DNA of 64,000 nt, from NCBI GenBank assembly GCA_963706325.1, contig CAVPLT010000006.1, positions 64,001 through 128,000 on the forward strand, given 5' to 3'. Each line of letters begins with the position of its first letter. Positions within the stretch are counted from its first letter, which is position 1. This document shows positions 59,129 to 64,000 of the stretch, piece by piece. Made by a program: the position numbers and the translations under genes. The notes under the pieces were generated by a model that had not been told where the DNA came from, searched no databases, and saw nothing but the letters and a program-made list of their open reading frames with translations. This DNA comes from an uncultured Nitrospiraceae bacterium (lineage in GTDB: Bacteria; Nitrospirota; Nitrospiria; Nitrospirales; Nitrospiraceae).

Positions 59129-59994
59129 AACGGCATTGCCTCCACAACTTTTTGAACCTGGTCCTTGAGCGCCAACAACGCCTCAATATCTTTCGGGTAC
59201 AGGTTCAGGTCGGCGAAGACCCCATGATCGCGCACCGCTTCCTCCGTGAAGCCCTCAGGATCGAGAAAATGCCGTGCCAACCGATCGGCCAGACAGGTCG
59301 TCATACATTCTTGTTTCGCCGTTTGGGCATGTTGATAGTCGGCATGAAAACCAATCGATTCCACCACCGGAGGCGGAAGTCCCCAATCTTCAGCCACGAG
59401 GAGGCCCACTTGAGTGTAATAGCCCTCCAACAATTGACGCAGCAGCTCTTGTGACATGGGAATGCCTTTTTCTTTCGCCAGCACGACCAAGGTCTGCAAC
59501 ACGACAGGCTTCCCGATCCCGTGCAGCAGTCCGCAGAGGTAGGCGCTTTCGACGTTGAATCGGCGCATGCGCGCAATTTCTTTTGCATAGGCCCCGCTGG
59601 CGAGCGAATGCTGCCAGAGGCGCTTCACGTCAGCATCCCATCCCGGCACCTTGAATGCGCTCCCTTTGATCGAAGCGGAAAACGCCAATTCTGACATCAA
59701 ATTCATACCCAGCATCGATACGGCATGTTGGAGCGAAACCACCGGATTGCGGGTCATATAAGCCGGGGAGTTTGCGATTCGAATGACATGCGCGGCCAAG
59801 GCTTGATCCTGGTGGATGAGGGCGGCAAGTTTGGCCGCCTCAGCGTTCGGATCGTAGACCATGCCCAAAATCCTGCTGGCCACCTGGGGGAGGAGCGGCA
59901 GCTCAATCGCTCCCTTTTGAATGCGTTCGATCAGTAGCTGCTCCAATGGCCCGGTCGATGTCGCGTCTGTCGCCTGGGAAAGTTCAGCGCTCAT
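59125..59994 (-). CDS. HDOD domain protein
   Basis: LPLLPQVA, DQALAA..IRIANS, LWQHS, GLLH.IGK, W.LP. Confidence 0.9.
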   Translation of the reverse strand: MSAELSQATDATSTGPLEQLLIERIQKGAIELPLLPQVASRILGMVYDPNAEAAKLAALIHQDQALAAHVIRIANSPAYMTRNPVVSLQHAVSMLGMNLMSELAFSASIKGSAFKVPGWDADVKRLWQHSLASGAYAKEIARMRRFNVESAYLCGLLHGIGKPVVLQTLVVLAKEKGIPMSQELLRQLLEGYYTQVGLLVAEDWGLPPPVVESIGFHADYQHAQTAKQECMTTCLADRLARHFLDPEGFTEEAVRDHGVFADLNLYPKDIEALLALKDQVQKVVEAMPL

Positions 59995-60145
59995 AGGCTC
60001 ACACACATAGAAGGGTGGTTGGATGTCTGCGTTGTAAATCCTTCTCGGCTCATTCGATAGAAAACCTTAACCACCGGTTCGACTGATGAGGCAAAGGACA
60101 ACCACATGGCGATGAAGGTATACTGCCGACTGCGGCAGGGAGAGC

Positions 60146-60625
60146 ATGTCGCGCCCAGGGAAGGGGAGGAAGAGACAGACGCTGACAGTAGTGAGAACCA
60201 TACTTGTACTTTGTGCCATGAACATCCTGCTGACGATGACCGACAGTCCAGTAGTCGCCGGCGACCAGCAGTCCTCGACGACCGACAAGGTTCTGCGGGA
60301 TGCCAAAGAAGCCCTTGAGGCCACCAAACAATACAGGCTCCAGCAGAAAGAGGCCTTCGAGAGGACGGTCCAGATCGAATTGAATGAGTTGCAGCCCAAG
60401 ATCGCGGAGCTCCAAAAGAAGACAAGCGCCGCCTCCGCGGAAGCCCGAAAGGACTTGCAGAAGGCCATTCAGGATCTTGAAAAAAAGAAGGAGGAGGCCC
60501 GGAGAAAGCTCGAAGAAGTCAACGAATCAACCAGCTCGGCTTGGAGCTCGTTGAAAGACGGTATGACCGCCGCGGTGGAAGATCTGAAGAAGCGTTACAA
60601 AGAAGCGGTGTCAAGACTTCCTTAG
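60146..60625 (+). CDS. Exported coiled-coil hypothetical protein
   Basis: GGGAG SD, signal-like N-terminus, charged heptads, W..LK.G. Confidence 0.7.
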   Translation: MSRPGKGRKRQTLTVVRTILVLCAMNILLTMTDSPVVAGDQQSSTTDKVLRDAKEALEATKQYRLQQKEAFERTVQIELNELQPKIAELQKKTSAASAEARKDLQKAIQDLEKKKEEARRKLEEVNESTSSAWSSLKDGMTAAVEDLKKRYKEAVSRLP

Positions 60626-60840
60626 GCAAGCCGGCTCGCTTCCCATTTTTCTCGATGAACCCATGGAAAATTGTCGAGAGGCTCCATCCGTCCTGAGCAC
60701 ACATCAAGCTACTCCTCAGATGACTGCGTCTCCACTACATAGATTGCCGTCCATCCCGTTCACTCTGCTCAGACTGTTTCATCGAGAGGCAAAATGCGCT
60801 ATGGTGATAGACAGAGGCTGAGTGTGAGGCGACTGAATCG

Positions 60841-61764
60841 ATGCCGCTAAAATTTGCCCTGTACCCCGGATGCGCAGCCAAAGGAGCCACCCCTGAACTC
60901 TATCAATCCACCATGGCCATCATCGGCCGGTTAGGCATCGAGGTCGTCGAACTCGCCGCTTCTTCATGCTGCGGCGCCGGCGTAATCGGCGAAGCCGATC
61001 CGGACCTGGCACTCGCGTTGAACGCCAGGAACTTTGCGCAGGCGGAACGGCTTGGTCTGGATGTCATGACTATCTGCGGCACCTGCCAGGGGGTGATGAG
61101 CGCAGCGAACCGGCGCCTGAAAAATGAACCGGCCACACTTGACCGGATCAATAAGGTTCTCGCGCAGGATGGGATCAATTATCACGGCGGGGTCCAGGTC
61201 AAGCATCTTCTCTGGATTGCGGTTCGGGACCTTGGTCTCACCTGCGTGGCAGACACGGTCCGATCCCCATTCCGCGACTTTCGCATCGCCCCGTTCTATG
61301 GATGTTACATGCTGCGGCCTTCCTGGGAACTGGGGTTTGATGACCCCGAAAATCCCACCTCATTGGAACAGATCATTCGTGCAGTCGGCGGGGAACCGGT
61401 CGCCTACGCGGGCCGGACCAAGTGTTGCGGGTTCCCTATCATCCTTGAAAAGGAGGCCATCGCCGTCGCCATGGCCGGGGCCAATATGAAAGACGCACGG
61501 GACCACGGCGCCGATTTCATGGTAACCCCCTGTCCGCTCTGCCATATGAGTTTGGATATTTACCAGGAACGCGCCGGACAGGCCGTCAAGACCGCTCTGA
61601 ACCTGCCGATTCTCCATCTGCCGCAGTTGCTCGGTCTTGCGATGGGAATTCCGGCGCAGGATTTGGGACTGTCGCGGCACCTCATTTCCGTCGAAAGCGT
61701 CGTCACACGTCTTCAACGAGAGAACCCTCAGAGCAACCTTTTGCCAGCGGAGCCGAAGACATGA
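60841..61764 (+). CDS. CCG-domain protein, HdrB/SdhE-like
   Basis: YPGC, SCCGAG, CGTC, FYGC, CCGFP, TPCPLC. Confidence 0.92.
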   Translation: MPLKFALYPGCAAKGATPELYQSTMAIIGRLGIEVVELAASSCCGAGVIGEADPDLALALNARNFAQAERLGLDVMTICGTCQGVMSAANRRLKNEPATLDRINKVLAQDGINYHGGVQVKHLLWIAVRDLGLTCVADTVRSPFRDFRIAPFYGCYMLRPSWELGFDDPENPTSLEQIIRAVGGEPVAYAGRTKCCGFPIILEKEAIAVAMAGANMKDARDHGADFMVTPCPLCHMSLDIYQERAGQAVKTALNLPILHLPQLLGLAMGIPAQDLGLSRHLISVESVVTRLQRENPQSNLLPAEPKT

Positions 61765-62081
61765 AGGTCATTGCCCTCTCGGATTTTCAGCAATTCAGTG
61801 CCGAGAAGATGAGGAAAAATAACCTCTTCCAGACGCCAAGATTTTTCTGCGACATCTACTGCTTTGAACCTGGCCAGGAACAGAAGGGCCATGTTCACGG
61901 CGAACAGGATAAGGTCTACCTGGTGCTGGAAGGGCAGGGCACATTTCAGGTTGGGTCAGAGAAGCAGATCCTAGGGCCAGGGCAGGGTACCATGGCTCCA
62001 GCCGGCGATGAACATGGGGTCAGGAACCACACAGACGGACGGCTCAAGGTGTTGGTATTTGTCACGCCCAATCAAGCCTAA
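61761..62081 (+). CDS. Cupin domain protein
   Basis: HVH, YLVLEG.G, P.G.EH; ATGA overlap with the upstream gene. Confidence 0.9.
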   Translation: MKVIALSDFQQFSAEKMRKNNLFQTPRFFCDIYCFEPGQEQKGHVHGEQDKVYLVLEGQGTFQVGSEKQILGPGQGTMAPAGDEHGVRNHTDGRLKVLVFVTPNQA

Positions 62082-62420
62082 ATCCAACTGACACCCACCG
62101 TCCATGTTGAGACCCCATCACGGTCTTGCCGCCACGAGCTCGCGTGGCCAGAGCAATTGCGGTTTTTCGTCCTGAGCTCCCGCAAGAGTGGTGCTCACGC
62201 AGCTGCGGCATACCCCCTCTTGTTTTTGTCGGAATATCGAACAGCGTTTGCCGACACTCGATCATTCCCATAGGCCAGGATTCGAGGGGTGTGGCCGGCA
62301 ATCGCGTCGGCTCCCCACGTTTGCCCGCTCCACCGCGTAGATCGGATCGTCAAGGTGTGCGCCCATTAAGAGCGCTACCGCCAATAAGGCGAGCGCCATG
62401 TAGAGAATCGCGAGCGCCGT

Positions 62421-62813
62421 TCAATGCTGTGGCGAGGGAAGGCTTGCGGAAATGCAGGACTTCATGATGTCAACGAGGCACTGGGTACCGGGCATCACCG
62501 TCCCTGACGCAGCTACACTCAGTTCTTCCGGCGTGACATCTCCCTGTGCAACATCCACGAGCACGTGGTCAGGCACGCTTTCCAGGTCAACATAGCTGAC
62601 GCCGGGAACCTGCGTGAGCGCCGCGCTAATGGGCAGGCGTTGAGAGGAACAGTCTGGTCCTGACAGGGAAAGCGCCACACGCTCCCCTGAGGGTTCTGCC
62701 GCGGCGGAGTTCACAAGACCTTCCACGGCCAGAAGCATGCAGCACAATCTCATTACAGGATATCGCATCGGCATCTCCCGACAGACAGAACCTGGAGTAA
62801 GGGTATTTGTCAC
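62421..62813 (-). CDS. Exported HMA-like protein
   Basis: Signal-like segment, L.LSGPDC....I.AAL.QVPGV..VD ferredoxin-like pattern; start uncertain. Confidence 0.65.
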   Translation of the reverse strand: MTNTLTPGSVCREMPMRYPVMRLCCMLLAVEGLVNSAAAEPSGERVALSLSGPDCSSQRLPISAALTQVPGVSYVDLESVPDHVLVDVAQGDVTPEELSVAASGTVMPGTQCLVDIMKSCISASLPSPQH

Positions 62814-62824
62814 TCTTCCATAGT

Positions 62825-62850
62825 CCGGCCGGCCGCAAGCGGCCGGCCGG
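62825..62850. terminator. GC-rich hairpin just after the nirK stop
   Basis: CCGGCCGGCCGC-AA-GCGGCCGGCCGG perfect inverted repeat; no U tract, so possibly an mRNA stabiliser. Confidence 0.5.
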
Positions 62851-62861
62851 TCCCATGACTG

Positions 62862-63863
62862 TTATGGTTCCGAAACCCCACTGATTCCCGTTTGCGGCGT
62901 CTTCAATTCCCAAGGCACCATTGGCATCAATGGAGCCGGCTTGGCATCCGGTCCTGCCAGCAACACCGCGATGGCCCCTCGCAGCGCACCCGTCAGTGAA
63001 TGGGTGACGATCGGGTAGGCTCCGGCTGATTCCACGATGACATCGAAGGTCGCCGCGCTACCTGGACCGACCACATAGGTCTGGACGCCCTTCAGGTTAT
63101 TGGCAGGATTGCCGCTCTCATAGACGTTGTCCCAAATCTCCCCGATGGGATGCAATGAAGAAAACTCATTGGGTCCGGCATTGACGAAATAGATGCGCAC
63201 ACGCTCGCCTGGCTTGGCGTCGAGCTTCCCTCCACCCGTTACGAACGGATGGTATTTGAAGATGCCGCCATTGAAAAACATGCCATCGAATTTGCGATCG
63301 AACATGGCCTGTACATCGTCCGGATTCTTGAAATACTCAGATTGCACCAGCACGTATTCACGATCAGCCTTGGGCCAGACTTTGGCATCCTTCGGATCGA
63401 CGATGATCGCGCCGAACATGCCGCGCGCAATGTGTTGGATCATAGGAGGCGCACCGCAGTGATAAAAGAATATGCCGGGCTTCTTAGCGACGAACGTGAA
63501 ACTGATGGTTTCGCCGGCATTGACTGCTCTGTAATTTTTCAAAAAATCGATCTCCGCTGCATGGAAATCCATCGCGTGAGGATTTTTGTTCTTAGCCGGG
63601 TTGTCCAGGGTGAAATTGATGGTATCCCCTTCCGTCACCCGTACGACCGGACCGGGAACCTGCCCGTTAAACGTCCAGGCGGCATACCGCTCGCCGTTAC
63701 CCTCGATGATCACGTCCGTCTCCACCGCCGTCATTTTCACATCGTGAATCTTGGCCTGAACGGGCAATGCCATGGTGGCCATCATCCCGAGTGCTATTCC
63801 GAGCACCGATACCGTCTTACAACGGCCATGTCCGTGATTGTGCTGCCTTGCCTGATCTTGCAT
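62862..63863 (-). CDS. nirK: Copper-containing nitrite reductase
   Basis: Signal peptide; HAMDFH, YHC....QHI..GM, SLHPIGE, VTHS supply T1/T2 Cu ligands and catalytic Asp/His; GGAGG SD. Confidence 0.94.
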   Translation of the reverse strand: MQDQARQHNHGHGRCKTVSVLGIALGMMATMALPVQAKIHDVKMTAVETDVIIEGNGERYAAWTFNGQVPGPVVRVTEGDTINFTLDNPAKNKNPHAMDFHAAEIDFLKNYRAVNAGETISFTFVAKKPGIFFYHCGAPPMIQHIARGMFGAIIVDPKDAKVWPKADREYVLVQSEYFKNPDDVQAMFDRKFDGMFFNGGIFKYHPFVTGGGKLDAKPGERVRIYFVNAGPNEFSSLHPIGEIWDNVYESGNPANNLKGVQTYVVGPGSAATFDVIVESAGAYPIVTHSLTGALRGAIAVLLAGPDAKPAPLMPMVPWELKTPQTGISGVSEP

Positions 63864-63984
63864 TCCTGCCTCCTATAATTCGATTGACTCACTCTTCACC
63901 TCTAGCTAGGTCTTCGGATGTCGTATTCGCGACGTTCGAAGTCTCTGCACATGCTGCACCATACGCAGAGCCACGGCAATAAAA

Positions 63985-64000
63985 CATGACAATTGTCATG
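63985..64000. promoter_or_regulatory. Perfect 16 bp palindrome upstream of nirK
   Basis: CATGACAATTGTCATG. Confidence 0.45.

Noticed and set aside
62082..62420. Short minus-strand ORF MALALLAVALLMG... after the HMA-like gene
   Set aside because: Stops after about 45 codons with no SD; may be degenerate but cannot be assigned.

Overview
A gene-dense bacterial chromosome segment, most likely from a Nitrospira-like organism. That assignment is inferred from the gene set (short NirK, SdhB with a CCG-domain SdhE/HdrB-like subunit, ClpC, long-form HflX), not from a database match. 0-30 kb is mostly housekeeping: gltA, Hsp20, fumC, an FNR-like flavoprotein, nadK, clpC, tsaD-hflX-nth-yicC-gmk-rpoZ-coaBC, aroQ-efp-accB-accC-thiE, bioD, putA, a desaturase and Mrp-Rieske. 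30.6-37.7 kb holds the best candidate for an undescribed system: a promoter-led seven-gene operon with a GlmL-like actin-fold ATPase, a barrel-sandwich/swivel-like/KOW protein and four membrane proteins, with no glutamate mutase genes in the window. In and around it are seven near-complete copies and one fragment of a 110-190 bp non-coding hairpin element with covarying stems and a conserved G-G mismatch, clustered at 39.2-40.1 kb. 40.4-45 kb looks accessory and decaying (broken nucleotidyltransferase, stand-alone ComEC-like MBL hydrolase, altered Nudix, a gene stub). 46-64 kb has AsmA, an M24 peptidase, sdhB, a c-di-GMP module, TPR-2OG oxygenase, sthA, HDOD, sdhE-like, cupin and nirK with an HMA-like neighbour. 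hflX and thiE appear to lack canonical start codons. No rRNA, tRNA, CRISPR array or transposase was recognised.
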